Shown in pieces: positions 45,705-56,001 of a DNA stretch of 64,000 nucleotides. Source of the stretch: Candidatus Hodarchaeaceae archaeon. GTDB taxonomy: Archaea > Hadarchaeota > Hadarchaeia > Hadarchaeales > Hadarchaeaceae. The stretch lies in NCBI GenBank assembly GCA_030018135.1, contig JASEGJ010000001.1, positions 78,298 to 142,297 on the forward strand. The letters are read 5' to 3'. The notes under the pieces are model-generated. The model did not search any database. It was not told the origin of the DNA and worked only from the letters and a program-made list of their open reading frames with translations. Every line of letters starts with the position of its first letter. Position 1 is the first letter of the stretch. Made by a program: the position numbers and the translations under genes.

Positions 45705-46100
45705 TCAGAAGCCGGTTGCCCGCTTTCTACTACGGGCTTTTGTCTCAACCTGAACCATAAGCGCCTGGAGCTCCACGACACGTTCGTTGAGCTTTTCGAG
45801 TTCGTTTCCGACGAGTTGCAGTTCCCGCGAAAGCGCATCGATCCGGGCGAGCAGCGCAAAACGTGCGTCATCAAGCGCTTCTCTGAAGATTTCCCTAACT
45901 TCGGCTCCCAACCGTGATGTTCGCGGCTCAAGCTTGGCCTCTTGAAATTCGGCCGAAACGCGATCGATGAGCAAGTGAACCTGCTCGCCGGGCAGGCCTA
46001 TGCCGGTCAGCGTGTCATATACCTCATCGTCGGCGAAGCCCAAGCGTTTCATGGACCTGATTACGTCCGAAGCTGCTACACCGCCATTTGATTTTGGCAC
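45705..46100 (-). CDS. Hypothetical coiled-coil protein
   Basis: MKRLGF-DDEVYDTL N-terminus and heptad-rich C-terminus; start uncertain. Confidence 0.6.
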   Translation of the reverse strand: MPKSNGGVAASDVIRSMKRLGFADDEVYDTLTGIGLPGEQVHLLIDRVSAEFQEAKLEPRTSRLGAEVREIFREALDDARFALLARIDALSRELQLVGNELEKLNERVVELQALMVQVETKARSRKRATGF

Positions 46101-46199
46101 ACTTCCCGTTGAGCCTTTAGTCTGGAAAGGTTTAAAAACGGAAAACTTGCGGCGAGGCAACAACCTCGGTTAAGTTTTAGGATGTGAGTGCGTAGAAAA

Positions 46200-46231
46200 T
46201 GGTGGGTCAAAAAATTGGTGGGTCAAAAAAT
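46200..46231 (+). repeat. Perfect 16-bp tandem duplication of the RBS region
   Basis: TGGTGGGTCAAAAAAT x2, ending in the macro-domain ATG. Confidence 0.85.
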
Positions 46232-46748
46232 GATTAAGTTTGATAACATAACGGTCAGGATCAAACGCGGAGATCTAACTAAGGAAAGGGTCGATGCCAT
46301 CTGTAACCCCGCAAACAGCCTGATGTTGATGGGCGGGGGTGCAGCGGGCGCGATAAAGCGGGCAGGAGGCAAGGGAATAGAGGAGGAGGCATTGAAGCAC
46401 GCGCCAGTTTCCATTGGAAAGGCGGTCGCGACTGCCGCTGGCAGGCTCAGGGCACGATGGGTAATCCATGCGCCCACGATGGCCAAGCCAGCGATGCGCA
46501 CTTCGAGCGAAAGCGTCTACCTCGCCACCAAAGCCGCGCTCGAGTGCGCCGAAAAAATGGGAGCTAAAAATTTCGCCATCCCCGGTATGGAGACGGGGAT
46601 AGGTGGGGTCTCATTCGATGCCGCTGCTGGCGCGATGGTCAAAGCGCTCAGGGATTTCGGCCCAATATCGAGGTCGCTGAAGGAAATCGTTTTATGCGAT
46701 TTGAGCGAGGAGATGGTCGGCGCTTGGGCGAGGGAGTTGACCAAATGA
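46230..46748 (+). CDS. Macro-domain (ADP-ribose-binding/hydrolase) protein
   Basis: GDLT, NPANS..MGGGAAGAI, IHAPTM and PGMETGIGG motifs. Confidence 0.92.
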   Translation: MIKFDNITVRIKRGDLTKERVDAICNPANSLMLMGGGAAGAIKRAGGKGIEEEALKHAPVSIGKAVATAAGRLRARWVIHAPTMAKPAMRTSSESVYLATKAALECAEKMGAKNFAIPGMETGIGGVSFDAAAGAMVKALRDFGPISRSLKEIVLCDLSEEMVGAWARELTK

Positions 46749-47665
46749 TAAAGCTTCAGGGTTTAACCCGCAAGTTTAACGGGCTCGTCGCGGTCGATGG
46801 CTTGACGTTCGAAGTTGGGGAGGGAGAGATCTTCGGCCTGCTGGGCCCCAATGGTGCTGGCAAGACCACGACGGTTCGGATGCTGTGCTGCCTCATCAAG
46901 CCGACCGGGGGTAAAGCGTTCGTCGGTGGGTACGAGGTAGGCAAGGACGCGCTAAGGGTGAGGGAAATCGTCGGCCTGCTCCCCGAGGCGCCCGGGCTCT
47001 ACGGCGAGCTAAGCGCGTACCGAAACCTAGAATTCTATGCCAAGCTTTACGGCGTACCCAAGCGGAGGCGCGAGGAAAATATTGAACGATTTCTGAAAAT
47101 GCTCGGCCTTTGGGGGCGGAGGGACGACCCCGTTGCGACGTTTTCTAGGGGAATGCAGCAGAAGCTCGCGATCGTGCGGGCGATGGTCCACGAGCCCAAG
47201 GTCCTCTTCCTCGACGAACCGACCGCGGCCCTCGCACCCGAGTCCGCCAAGACCGTGCGCGATTTCATCCTGGAGCTTAAGCAGGAGCGGCGGACGATCT
47301 TCCTCTGCACCCACAACCTCCACGAGGCTGAGCGACTTTGCGACCGCGTGGCGATTACAAACAGCAAGTTAATAGCGATTGGCTCGCCGAGCGAACTCGA
47401 GCAGAAGTTCGGCCCGAGCAGGACCGAAATCCGCCTCGAGCGGGTGAGCAGAAAAATAGTGGATGCGGTCAGAAGGCTAAAGCACGTGAAGGGCGTCGAG
47501 GTGGTCGGGGACAAGCTAATGGTCGAGGTTGAGGACCCAGAGGCTGCAAACCCGGTGATAGTCGAGGCCGTAGTCAAGCATGGCGGAAGGGTGCGTTACG
47601 TGGCGCGCGCCGTCCATGCGCTCGAGGAAACCTACTTGAGGTTGGTGAGGGAAAGTGAGGCCTGA
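46745..47665 (+). CDS. ABC-2 type transporter ATP-binding protein
   Basis: GPNGAGKTT, FSRGMQQK and LDEPT motifs. Confidence 0.92.
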   Translation: MIKLQGLTRKFNGLVAVDGLTFEVGEGEIFGLLGPNGAGKTTTVRMLCCLIKPTGGKAFVGGYEVGKDALRVREIVGLLPEAPGLYGELSAYRNLEFYAKLYGVPKRRREENIERFLKMLGLWGRRDDPVATFSRGMQQKLAIVRAMVHEPKVLFLDEPTAALAPESAKTVRDFILELKQERRTIFLCTHNLHEAERLCDRVAITNSKLIAIGSPSELEQKFGPSRTEIRLERVSRKIVDAVRRLKHVKGVEVVGDKLMVEVEDPEAANPVIVEAVVKHGGRVRYVARAVHALEETYLRLVRESEA

Positions 47666-48437
47666 TAGGGTTTGGGAAATCGCGCGCAAGGACATGGCGA
47701 GCGTTAGAAGGCATAAGTACGTGCTCTACGGGCTTATAGGCATACCTTTAATTTTCGCTATATTTATCCCGATGGCCTCGATTTATCCGGTCGTGACTAG
47801 CGAGGAACCCTTGGATAACAAGCTGCCACCCTTTGCCCAGCCCGGGATGGCGCCGAAGCAGGCGGTGGTGACGGGATTGGCCAACATGGCCGTGCTCATG
47901 TTCATGTTTCTGCCTGCTGCAATCCCTTCGACGATAGCATCCTACACCTTCGTCGGCGAGAAGGTGAATCGGCAGCTCGAGCCATTGCTCGCGACCCCCA
48001 CGACAGATCTCGAACTCCTGATCGGCAAGGGGTTGGGCGCGTTTGTGCCCGCGATGGCCGCGACCTTCGCGTCATTTGCGGGTTTGGTGGCGATCGTCGA
48101 CGTGCTCACCTTCCCGCTATTTGGTTACCTCTTGCTGCCCAACCTGATTTCAGCGGTCGTCCTGCTGGTTTACGCCCCGCTGGTGTGCCTTCTGTCGGTC
48201 TCCTGGAGCATTTTCATCTCATCAAAAGTAAGCGATGTTAGGGCGGCAATGCAGTTGGGGATAGTGGGGATCGCCCCGGTTCTATTGTTCTACTTCCTGT
48301 TCATGGGCGGGATTGTTTCGCTTGAGTGGATGACGCTCGTGGCCTTCGGGCTGGTGCTGGCCTCCGCAAGCGCTGGTTTATTCGCCCTGAGCAAGGCGAC
48401 TTTTCAGAGGGAGGAGATTTTGACCAAGTGGAGGTGA
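47655..48437 (+). CDS. ABC-2 type permease
   Basis: FVGEK...LEPLLATP.....LLIGK motif. Confidence 0.88.
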   Translation: MRPDRVWEIARKDMASVRRHKYVLYGLIGIPLIFAIFIPMASIYPVVTSEEPLDNKLPPFAQPGMAPKQAVVTGLANMAVLMFMFLPAAIPSTIASYTFVGEKVNRQLEPLLATPTTDLELLIGKGLGAFVPAMAATFASFAGLVAIVDVLTFPLFGYLLLPNLISAVVLLVYAPLVCLLSVSWSIFISSKVSDVRAAMQLGIVGIAPVLLFYFLFMGGIVSLEWMTLVAFGLVLASASAGLFALSKATFQREEILTKWR

Positions 48438-48724
48438 TCGCCCTGGGATACGCGGAGTTTAAGGCCCCAAAGGGCTTGATAAAGGTCGAGGTTGAGCTGG
48501 CGGGCGATAAAATTTCACGCGTATCAATCAGCGGGGATTTTTTTATGTACCCGGAGGAAGCGCTCGAGCGGCTTGAGGAGGAGTTGATCGGCGTTAGGGC
48601 AGAAAGGGAAAGCCTGCTAGCGGCGGTCCATAGATTTTACGGTTCGACCAGCATTCGGACTCCCATGGTCGAACCGGAGCACTGGGTGGAAGCAATTTTG
48701 CGCGCGTCAGGTGGGTCGCAATGA
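48434..48724 (+). CDS. lplB: Lipoate-protein ligase small subunit (C-terminal domain protein)
   Basis: KAPKGLIKV...ISGDFFMYPEE..LEEEL; GTG overlaps the permease stop. Confidence 0.82.
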   Translation: MIALGYAEFKAPKGLIKVEVELAGDKISRVSISGDFFMYPEEALERLEEELIGVRAERESLLAAVHRFYGSTSIRTPMVEPEHWVEAILRASGGSQ

Positions 48725-49527
48725 ATCCGTCAGTTGTTATAAATATAACAAAAGAAAGGGAAGGGCCGTGCAGCAGGTGGCGGCTGCTTCCGCTGAGGGT
48801 CGATGACGCTTCCACAGCGATGGCGATCGATGAGGCGCTACTGAGGTTGAACGCGGAAGGCAAGTCACCAAATACGATTCGTTTCTGGCGCTGGCTGCCC
48901 TCTGCGGTCTCCATAGGCTGCTTTCAGAGCGTCGAGCGAGAGGTGGATCTCGAGGTGGCTAAAAAATATGGTGTAGATGTCGTGCGCCGCATCACGGGAG
49001 GCGGCGCTGTCTTCCATGATCACGACGGGGAGCTGACCTACAGCGTCGTTTGCGGGCAGGAGGACGTGCCGGCGGATATCGTGGAGTCCTATCGACTGAT
49101 ATGCGGCGGTTTGGTGCGGGGATTTGAGCGCTTGGGGATTCACGCCGAGTTCAAGCCGGTCAACGACGTTCAGGTCAACGGCAGAAAAATCTCGGGTAGC
49201 GCCCAGACCCGGCGATGGGGCTCGGTGCTCCAGCATGGCACGGTGCTCATCTCGCCGGATGTGCGGCGGATGTTCGAGCTGCTCAAGGTCAGCCCCGAAA
49301 AGATCTCAGATAAGTTCATCGCCCCGGTGTTCGAGCGGGTGACGACGGTCGAAAGGGAGCTTGGGCGGAGGCCAGCTTTTGAGGAGGTTAGAGACGAGAT
49401 GAGCGGAGGCCTCGCCGACGCCTTTGGCGTTGAACTCGTTGAGGCCGCGCTCTCGCGGGAGGAACTCGAGCTTGCAGCGGACCTTAGGTCAAAATATACT
49501 TCACGGGAATGGCTGATGAAACGCTAG
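48721..49527 (+). CDS. lplA: Lipoate/octanoate-protein ligase catalytic subunit
   Basis: MAIDEA, RRITGGGAVFHD, KISGSAQ and LQHGT motifs. Confidence 0.92.
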   Translation: MNPSVVINITKEREGPCSRWRLLPLRVDDASTAMAIDEALLRLNAEGKSPNTIRFWRWLPSAVSIGCFQSVEREVDLEVAKKYGVDVVRRITGGGAVFHDHDGELTYSVVCGQEDVPADIVESYRLICGGLVRGFERLGIHAEFKPVNDVQVNGRKISGSAQTRRWGSVLQHGTVLISPDVRRMFELLKVSPEKISDKFIAPVFERVTTVERELGRRPAFEEVRDEMSGGLADAFGVELVEAALSREELELAADLRSKYTSREWLMKR

Positions 49528-49610
49528 GTTTTCAAGGGATTTTTCCACCCGCGAATTACCTGCATGCTTTTTTCGACGAGTGATTAAAAGTGGGAGATGG
49601 TGAGGGTGGG

Positions 49611-50513
49611 ATGCTAGGCGAACTCCAACGGCAAGCATTTGAAACTAAGGTGAGACGAGATCCCACTTTTTGGGCCTGCTACCCCCATCCGCACTTCCCT
49701 ACGCTTTCCATCACCGGCGACACCTGTGCTTTACGATGTAAGCAATGCGGCCGCCGCTACCTGCAACACATGTTCGCTTGTCCGACACCAGATGTCTTAC
49801 GTGAGACATGCCTTGAGTTAGCTTCAAATGGCGCCCGAGGGGTCTTGATCAGCGGTGGCTACAACGACGAGGGGTACGTGCCATTTGAACCCTTCCTCGA
49901 TTCGATCGCAAGCATAAAACGCGAAACCGGGCTCTTCTTGAACGTTCACACTGGTTTGATGCCCGCTTGGCTTGCGCGAGAACTCGGTCATGTTGGCGTC
50001 GATATGGCGAGCATCGATGTGGTGGGCAGTGATGAAACTATAAAACTCGTGCTCGGCCTAGATCGAACGACGCAAGACTACGAGCGGGCGCTAACGACCC
50101 TCCGCTCGGCCATCCCCCACGTAGTGCCGCACATTTGCATCGGCTTGCACGCGGGCAAACTCAGGGGCGAACGAGCGGCGCTTGAATTTGTCGCGAAGAT
50201 CAACCCACGGGCACTGGTCATGCTCGTGCTCGTGCCCACGCCCGGCACCGAGTTTGAACATGTCACCGGGCCGAGTCCAGCGGAGGTTGGCAAACTCATC
50301 ACTGAGGCTCGACTCAAGTTCCCTAGCGCAGTGCTGGCGCTGGGTTGTATGCGGCCGCGCGATGCTGGGCGAGCCGAGCTTCAGGCCTTACGCTCAGGCG
50401 TCGACAGGGTGGAGATCCCAGGTAAGCGAACCATCGAGGCCGCGCGCGAACTCGGGCTTAGGGTGCGGAGGCTTGACGCGTGTTGTGCGGTGCCTTGGGA
50501 TGAGGAGGTTTGA
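49611..50513 (+). CDS. lipS1: Archaeal-type lipoyl synthase subunit LipS1 (radical SAM)
   Basis: CALRCKQC plus GCMR and C-terminal CC motifs. Confidence 0.85.
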   Translation: MLGELQRQAFETKVRRDPTFWACYPHPHFPTLSITGDTCALRCKQCGRRYLQHMFACPTPDVLRETCLELASNGARGVLISGGYNDEGYVPFEPFLDSIASIKRETGLFLNVHTGLMPAWLARELGHVGVDMASIDVVGSDETIKLVLGLDRTTQDYERALTTLRSAIPHVVPHICIGLHAGKLRGERAALEFVAKINPRALVMLVLVPTPGTEFEHVTGPSPAEVGKLITEARLKFPSAVLALGCMRPRDAGRAELQALRSGVDRVEIPGKRTIEAARELGLRVRRLDACCAVPWDEEV

Positions 50514-51490
50514 GATTGGTTGACCAAGTTAGGATTGCGTTCGGCACGGGCATCGTGCTTGGACTCTGGCGGGGGCAGCTCGCCGTAGCCCCAACGACCG
50601 CGCACCTTTTGACGTATTATGAAGGCAGATGCAACGCAAACTGCAAATTCTGCCCACAAGCCAAAGGGAGCAGGGCGGACTTAAGGATGCTCTCCCGCGT
50701 AGTCTGGCCGAGGTGCGAGTTCGAGCGGGTAATAGCTGCGCTCCGGAGAAACGGCGGCAAGTTCCATAGGCTGTGTGTTCAAGCGGTAAACCACCCAAAT
50801 GTCATCGACGATATTTGCGAGATAGTCACAAGGGTGAAGGAAGCTTGCCGACTGCCAATCTCAGTTTCGTGCCAGCCCCTGAAAAGGCCCGACATCGAAA
50901 AACTCGCCAGCTCAGGAGCCGAGAGAATCAGCATAGCCCTAGATGCCGCGACGCCCGAGATCTTCGACCGCATCAAGGGTTCGGCGGCAGGGGGGCCCTA
51001 CAGGTGGCATGAACACCTCCGGGCGCTGGACGACGCCAAGAGAGTATTTGGGGACAGGGTCTCCACTCATTTGATCGTTGGACTCGGCGAGACTGAACAG
51101 GAAATGATAGAGGCCATCCAATTTTTACACGACCGCGGCATTACCATTGGATTATTTGCGTTCAAGCCCATCCCAAACACGCCCTTGGCCGGGCGGGCCC
51201 AACCAGACGTATTGAGCTACCGCAGGATTCAACTCGCTCAATACTTGATAAAGCAGGACCTAACGGATGTCAAGCATATGCGCTTTAACAATGGGCTGGT
51301 GGTGGATTTCGGGGTGAACCCGGCGACATTGCAAGAGGTTGTAGATTCCCGGGTGCCGTTTATGACATCCGGCTGTCCGAACTGCAATCGCCCGTTTTAT
51401 AACGAATCTCCCCTAGGGCCAATGTACAACTACCCCAGAAGGCCAACCCCGTCCGAGATGGCAACCATTAGGGTTCAGCTGGGCTTGTGA
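50510..51490 (+). CDS. lipS2: Archaeal-type lipoyl synthase subunit LipS2 (radical SAM)
   Basis: CNANCKFC plus TSGCPNCNRP motif. Confidence 0.87.
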   Translation: MRLVDQVRIAFGTGIVLGLWRGQLAVAPTTAHLLTYYEGRCNANCKFCPQAKGSRADLRMLSRVVWPRCEFERVIAALRRNGGKFHRLCVQAVNHPNVIDDICEIVTRVKEACRLPISVSCQPLKRPDIEKLASSGAERISIALDAATPEIFDRIKGSAAGGPYRWHEHLRALDDAKRVFGDRVSTHLIVGLGETEQEMIEAIQFLHDRGITIGLFAFKPIPNTPLAGRAQPDVLSYRRIQLAQYLIKQDLTDVKHMRFNNGLVVDFGVNPATLQEVVDSRVPFMTSGCPNCNRPFYNESPLGPMYNYPRRPTPSEMATIRVQLGL

Positions 51491-51548
51491 GGTGGCCTGC
51501 AACCTTTAAGTTTTGATGGCACTAGTTTTAGCTGTCTGAGGTGGTGAA

Positions 51549-51974
51549 ATGAAAGTCGGTGGTTATGAAGTCCCCGAGGACCTTTACTACAGCAGGGAAC
51601 ATGAGTGGGTCAGGGTAGAGGGGAAACTCGCACGCGTCGGCGTCACGGACTACGCGCAGAAGCGACTCGGCGATGTCGTCTACGTTGAGCTGCCAGAGGT
51701 GGGCAGGCGGGTTGAGCAAGCGAGTGAAACAAAGAGCAAGGCAATGGAGCTCGGCGCGTTGGAGTCGATTAAAGCGGTGGTCGCGATCTACGCACCGTTG
51801 AGCGGCGTGGTCGAGGATGTCAACCAAGCGCTTCGGGATAGGCCTGAACTCGTCAACACCGACCCCTACGGCGAGGGCTGGGTGTGCCTAGTTGAAGCGA
51901 GTAACCTCGAAACGGAACTCAAAAATCTGATGAGCGCAAGTGCCTACGCCGAGTTCTTGAAGGGCTTGAAATAG
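51549..51974 (+). CDS. gcvH: Glycine cleavage H protein
   Basis: HEWV, GVTDYAQ, LESIKA (lipoyl-Lys) and DPYGEGW motifs. Confidence 0.95.
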   Translation: MKVGGYEVPEDLYYSREHEWVRVEGKLARVGVTDYAQKRLGDVVYVELPEVGRRVEQASETKSKAMELGALESIKAVVAIYAPLSGVVEDVNQALRDRPELVNTDPYGEGWVCLVEASNLETELKNLMSASAYAEFLKGLK

Positions 51975-51986
51975 CTCGGTGGTAAC

Positions 51987-53375
51987 GTGGGCCACCCATA
52001 CGTCTCAAACGATGCGAGGACGAGAGAGCAGATGCTTCACGAGATAGGAGTGACAAACATCGATGGCCTGTTCGCTGATGTGCCGAGTGAAATTAGGCTG
52101 AAACGCCCACTCAATTTGCCCGGCCCGATGTCGGAGTTGGAAACTAGGCGCCATGTGCAAGCGATGCTCGCAAAAAATAAGCCATTCACGCAGATGCTAT
52201 CATTTCTGGGCGGCGGGGTCTGGCCCCATCACGTACCTGCCCACGTTCGCTCGCTCGCGCAGCGCTCGGAGTTTCTGACGGCATATACCCCATATCAACC
52301 CGAGATAAGCCAAGGCATGCTCCAAGCGCTTTTCGAGTACCAAAGCATGATTTGCGAACTCACCGGTATGGAGGTGGCAAACGCATCCATGTACGACTGG
52401 GCGACCTCACTAGGCGAGGCCGCACTTATGTGCGCCAGAGTTACGGGCAGGCGGAAATTTATCGTGCCTGAGCTGATCGGCCCGGAGCGGTTTGCAACGC
52501 TACAAAATTATGCTTTGGGCCCAGCTCTTGAGCTCGTAAAAGTCGGCTACGACCGCCGCACCGGTCAGCTTGACCCATCAAAGCTACGCGCGGAGCTCGG
52601 GCGGGACGTGGCGGGGGTCTACATCGAGAACCCAAGTTATCTGGGTTTTTTGGAGACGCAGGTTGATGAAATAGCCGCCGCAGCGCATGAGGTTGGAGCA
52701 CTTTTCGTCGTCGGCGTTAATCCGATTTCGCTGGGGTTGCTCAAGGCGCCGGGCGAATACGGCGCGGACATCGTCATAGGCGAAGGGCAGCCGCTCGGCA
52801 ATCCAGTTAGCTTCGGCGGGCCGCTCTTGGGTATCTTCGCTTGTCGGGATGACCAAAAGCTGGTGAGGCAAATGCCGGGGAGGATAATAGGGATGACTAC
52901 GACGCTCGACGGCAAAACGGTGGGCTTTGTCATGGTACTGCAGACGAGGGAGCAGCACATCCGCCGCGAGCGGGCAACTTCCAACATATGCTCGAACGAG
53001 GCCCTGTGCGCAATCAATGTCGCGATTTATTTGGCATCGCTTGGACCAAGGGGGCTCCGCGAACTTGGGGAGATCTGCGCCGCGAATGCTAGCTATGCCA
53101 TCGAAAAGCTCAATAAAATAGATGGTTTGTTGGTACCTATTTTCGATTCGCCCCATTTCAACGAGTTCACGCTCAATTGCGATCGCTCCAATTTATCCAT
53201 TTCCAGCCTAAACGCCAAGCTGCTCGAGCGTGGCATCCAAGGCGGCAAGCCCATTCGCGAGGAGTTTCCTGAACTCGGTGAAACATCCCTGATGTGCACC
53301 ACGGAGCTGCATTCGGGGGTGGACATCGACCGCCTAGCCGAGGCACTCACAGATGTGGTGAGGGCGAAATCGTGA
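51987..53375 (+). CDS. gcvPA: Glycine dehydrogenase subunit A
   Basis: YTPYQPEISQG, NASMYD and REQHIRRERATSNIC motifs. Confidence 0.96.
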   Translation: MGHPYVSNDARTREQMLHEIGVTNIDGLFADVPSEIRLKRPLNLPGPMSELETRRHVQAMLAKNKPFTQMLSFLGGGVWPHHVPAHVRSLAQRSEFLTAYTPYQPEISQGMLQALFEYQSMICELTGMEVANASMYDWATSLGEAALMCARVTGRRKFIVPELIGPERFATLQNYALGPALELVKVGYDRRTGQLDPSKLRAELGRDVAGVYIENPSYLGFLETQVDEIAAAAHEVGALFVVGVNPISLGLLKAPGEYGADIVIGEGQPLGNPVSFGGPLLGIFACRDDQKLVRQMPGRIIGMTTTLDGKTVGFVMVLQTREQHIRRERATSNICSNEALCAINVAIYLASLGPRGLRELGEICAANASYAIEKLNKIDGLLVPIFDSPHFNEFTLNCDRSNLSISSLNAKLLERGIQGGKPIREEFPELGETSLMCTTELHSGVDIDRLAEALTDVVRAKS

Positions 53376-54886
53376 GCGATTGGTACAGACAGGCTCGGTG
53401 GGATCGAGAGGGGCGCCTAGAACCGCTCGTCTTCGAACTCGGCGGGCCAGGGCACATCGGGTACTCGTTACCTAAACCGCCCGAACATACAAATTTGCCC
53501 AAACATCTTCTGCGGACCGAACTGCGGCTGCCCGAGCTTTCGGAGGTCGAGGTCGTCAGGCATTACACCCGCCTATCGCAGATGAACTATTGCGTCGACC
53601 TGGGCACATATCCGCTGGGTTCGTGCACCATGAAGTACAACCCGAAGCTATGCGAGGAGCTAGCCTCGCTGGAGACGGCAACTTGCATCCATCCTTATCA
53701 AGCTGAGGGGACTGTGCAGGGGGCACTCGAACTCATGTACAAGCTCGAGCGTTGTCTGGCGGAAATAGCCGGCGTGGCGCGCGTCTGTTTGCACCCCTCC
53801 GCCGGCGCGCACGGCGAATTCGTGAGCATGCTGATCACCCGAGCGTATCACGAATTCAACGGTGAACAGGACGAGCGCACCCAAGTCATAGTGCCCGATT
53901 CGGCCCACGGCACGAACCCGGCGAGTGCGGCGATGGCGGGCTACGAAGTTCTCATCGTGCCATCGGATGCTCGAGGGCGCGTCGACCTCAGGGCCTTAGA
54001 GGCAGCTGTTTCTGAGCGGACGGCGGCAATGATGCTGACAAATCCTAACACCCTCGGCCTATTCGAGGACAGGGTCGTGGATATCGTCGAACTCGTCCAC
54101 GATGTGGGGGGACTGCTTTTTTACGATGGCGCCAATCTGAACGGTATACTCGGCAAGTCCCGCGCAGGGGACATGGGGTTCGACATCGTGCACTTCAACC
54201 TGCATAAAACCTTCGCCACGCCGCACGGCGGCGGCGGCCCGGGCGCGGGACCGGTGGGCGTGACGCAAGAGCTGGAGAAATTCCTGCCGGTGCCGGTCGT
54301 CGAATACGATGAAAAAAGAGGCGAGTATTATCTGGACTATGATCGACCAAATTCAGTGGGCAAGGTCAGGGCATTTTACGGCAATTTTGGCGTGCTGGTA
54401 AAGGCCTACGCATACATCCTGATGATGGGTGCCCGCGGCCTGGAGGAGGCCGCAGAGGCGGCGGTGCTCAACGCAAATTACGTCATGCGCAAGCTATCGG
54501 GCACGAGGGGATATGAGCTAAAGTTCGATGCGACTGGACCTTGCAAGCACGAGGTGGTCTTCAGCGCTGAGCCCCTGAAGCGCGAGACTGGTATCGGTGC
54601 ACGCGAGGTAGCAAAGCGATTGCTTGATTATGGCATGCATGCCCCCACCTATTACTTTCCGCCCATAGTCAGCGAGGCGCTGATGATCGAACCCACCGAG
54701 AGTGAGTCGAGGGATGAAATAGACCGCCTTATCAACGCTCTAAAGGCAATAGCCGTCGAAGCTAGCACGGACCCCGAAAAGCTCCGCGCCGCGCCGACGG
54801 TCACAGCGATCGGACGATTGGATGAGGTTAAGGCATCGCGCGAACCTATTTTGAGCTGGCGGATGTACAGGAAGCATCGGGCATAG
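53372..54886 (+). CDS. gcvPB: Glycine dehydrogenase subunit B
   Basis: LGSCTMKYNP, HFNLHKTF (PLP Lys) and PHGGGGPG motifs. Confidence 0.96.
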   Translation: MSDWYRQARWDREGRLEPLVFELGGPGHIGYSLPKPPEHTNLPKHLLRTELRLPELSEVEVVRHYTRLSQMNYCVDLGTYPLGSCTMKYNPKLCEELASLETATCIHPYQAEGTVQGALELMYKLERCLAEIAGVARVCLHPSAGAHGEFVSMLITRAYHEFNGEQDERTQVIVPDSAHGTNPASAAMAGYEVLIVPSDARGRVDLRALEAAVSERTAAMMLTNPNTLGLFEDRVVDIVELVHDVGGLLFYDGANLNGILGKSRAGDMGFDIVHFNLHKTFATPHGGGGPGAGPVGVTQELEKFLPVPVVEYDEKRGEYYLDYDRPNSVGKVRAFYGNFGVLVKAYAYILMMGARGLEEAAEAAVLNANYVMRKLSGTRGYELKFDATGPCKHEVVFSAEPLKRETGIGAREVAKRLLDYGMHAPTYYFPPIVSEALMIEPTESESRDEIDRLINALKAIAVEASTDPEKLRAAPTVTAIGRLDEVKASREPILSWRMYRKHRA

Positions 54887-54888
54887 AC

Positions 54889-56001
54889 ATGCAAAAATTG
54901 GGCCTCATCGTCAACCCAATCGCTGGAATTGGCGGGCGCGTCGGCCTCAAAGGTTCAGATGGAAAGGAGGTCATCAAGAAGGCGATGGCGCTCGGCGCCA
55001 AGCCCGTGTCGCCTCAAAGGGCGGTGGAGGCCCCAAGGGAATTGGTACCCTTAAAGGAAAAAATCCTCCTGGTAACTTACCCGCGTGAGATGGGCGAAGA
55101 CGAGGCCAAGAAGGCTGGTTTCGCTCCGAAGGTGATAGGAGAGATAACCTCTGGACAGACCACGGCTGAGGACACAAAACGGGCCGCTAGGGAAATGCGA
55201 GACCTAGGTGTGGACCTTATCTTATTGGCGGGCGGAGATGGGACCGCTCGCGACGTTTATGATGCCATTGGAGTAGACATACCCGTCCTCGGCGTACCCT
55301 CCGGCGTTAAAATGCACTCAGCAGTTTTTGCGATCAACCCTTGGGCGGCCGCAAGAATAGCTATGGAGTTTTTGTGGGAAGAACTGCCGTTGAAAGAGAC
55401 AGAAGTCATGGATTTAGATGAAGAAGCCTATAGGCGGGGAAGGCTGTCGGCGAAGCTCTACGGATATTTGTTAACCCCTTACGAGCCAAGTTTAATTCAA
55501 GGCGTAAAGTTTGCTAGTTCAACGACGGAAGTTGAAAGGGATGAACAAGCGGCGATAGCAAAACATGTCGTCGAAGAAATGAAGCCTAACATCGTTTACA
55601 TCCTAGGCCCGGGGACGACGACGCGCGCGGTAGCTGAGGAGCTGGGCATTCGCAACTCAACATTGCTCGGCGTTGACCTCCTTGTAGACCGTAAGCTCGT
55701 GGCAGGCGATGTCAATGAACAACAAATTCTCCAAGCAATCGAGGGAAAGCCAGCGACGATCCTCGTCAGCCCCATAGGCAAGCAGGGCTTCATCTTCGGG
55801 CGCGGCAATCAGCAACTGAGTCCCGAGGTCATCCGCCGCGTCGGGAAAGATAATATTTTGGTGCTCGCGACCCCGCAGAAGCTAGCGCTGACCCCGGTTC
55901 TAAAGGTGGACACGGGCGACGCCAAGCTCGACGACGAGCTCCGCGGATACATCCGCGCGATCACGGGCTACCGTCAGACCCGGGTGGTTAAGGTCGTCTA
56001 G
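54889..56001 (+). CDS. ATP-NAD kinase/AcoX-like family protein
   Basis: NPIAGIGG-VGLKGSDG, GGDGTARD, GVKMHS and GRGNQQ motifs. Confidence 0.85.
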   Translation: MQKLGLIVNPIAGIGGRVGLKGSDGKEVIKKAMALGAKPVSPQRAVEAPRELVPLKEKILLVTYPREMGEDEAKKAGFAPKVIGEITSGQTTAEDTKRAAREMRDLGVDLILLAGGDGTARDVYDAIGVDIPVLGVPSGVKMHSAVFAINPWAAARIAMEFLWEELPLKETEVMDLDEEAYRRGRLSAKLYGYLLTPYEPSLIQGVKFASSTTEVERDEQAAIAKHVVEEMKPNIVYILGPGTTTRAVAEELGIRNSTLLGVDLLVDRKLVAGDVNEQQILQAIEGKPATILVSPIGKQGFIFGRGNQQLSPEVIRRVGKDNILVLATPQKLALTPVLKVDTGDAKLDDELRGYIRAITGYRQTRVVKVV

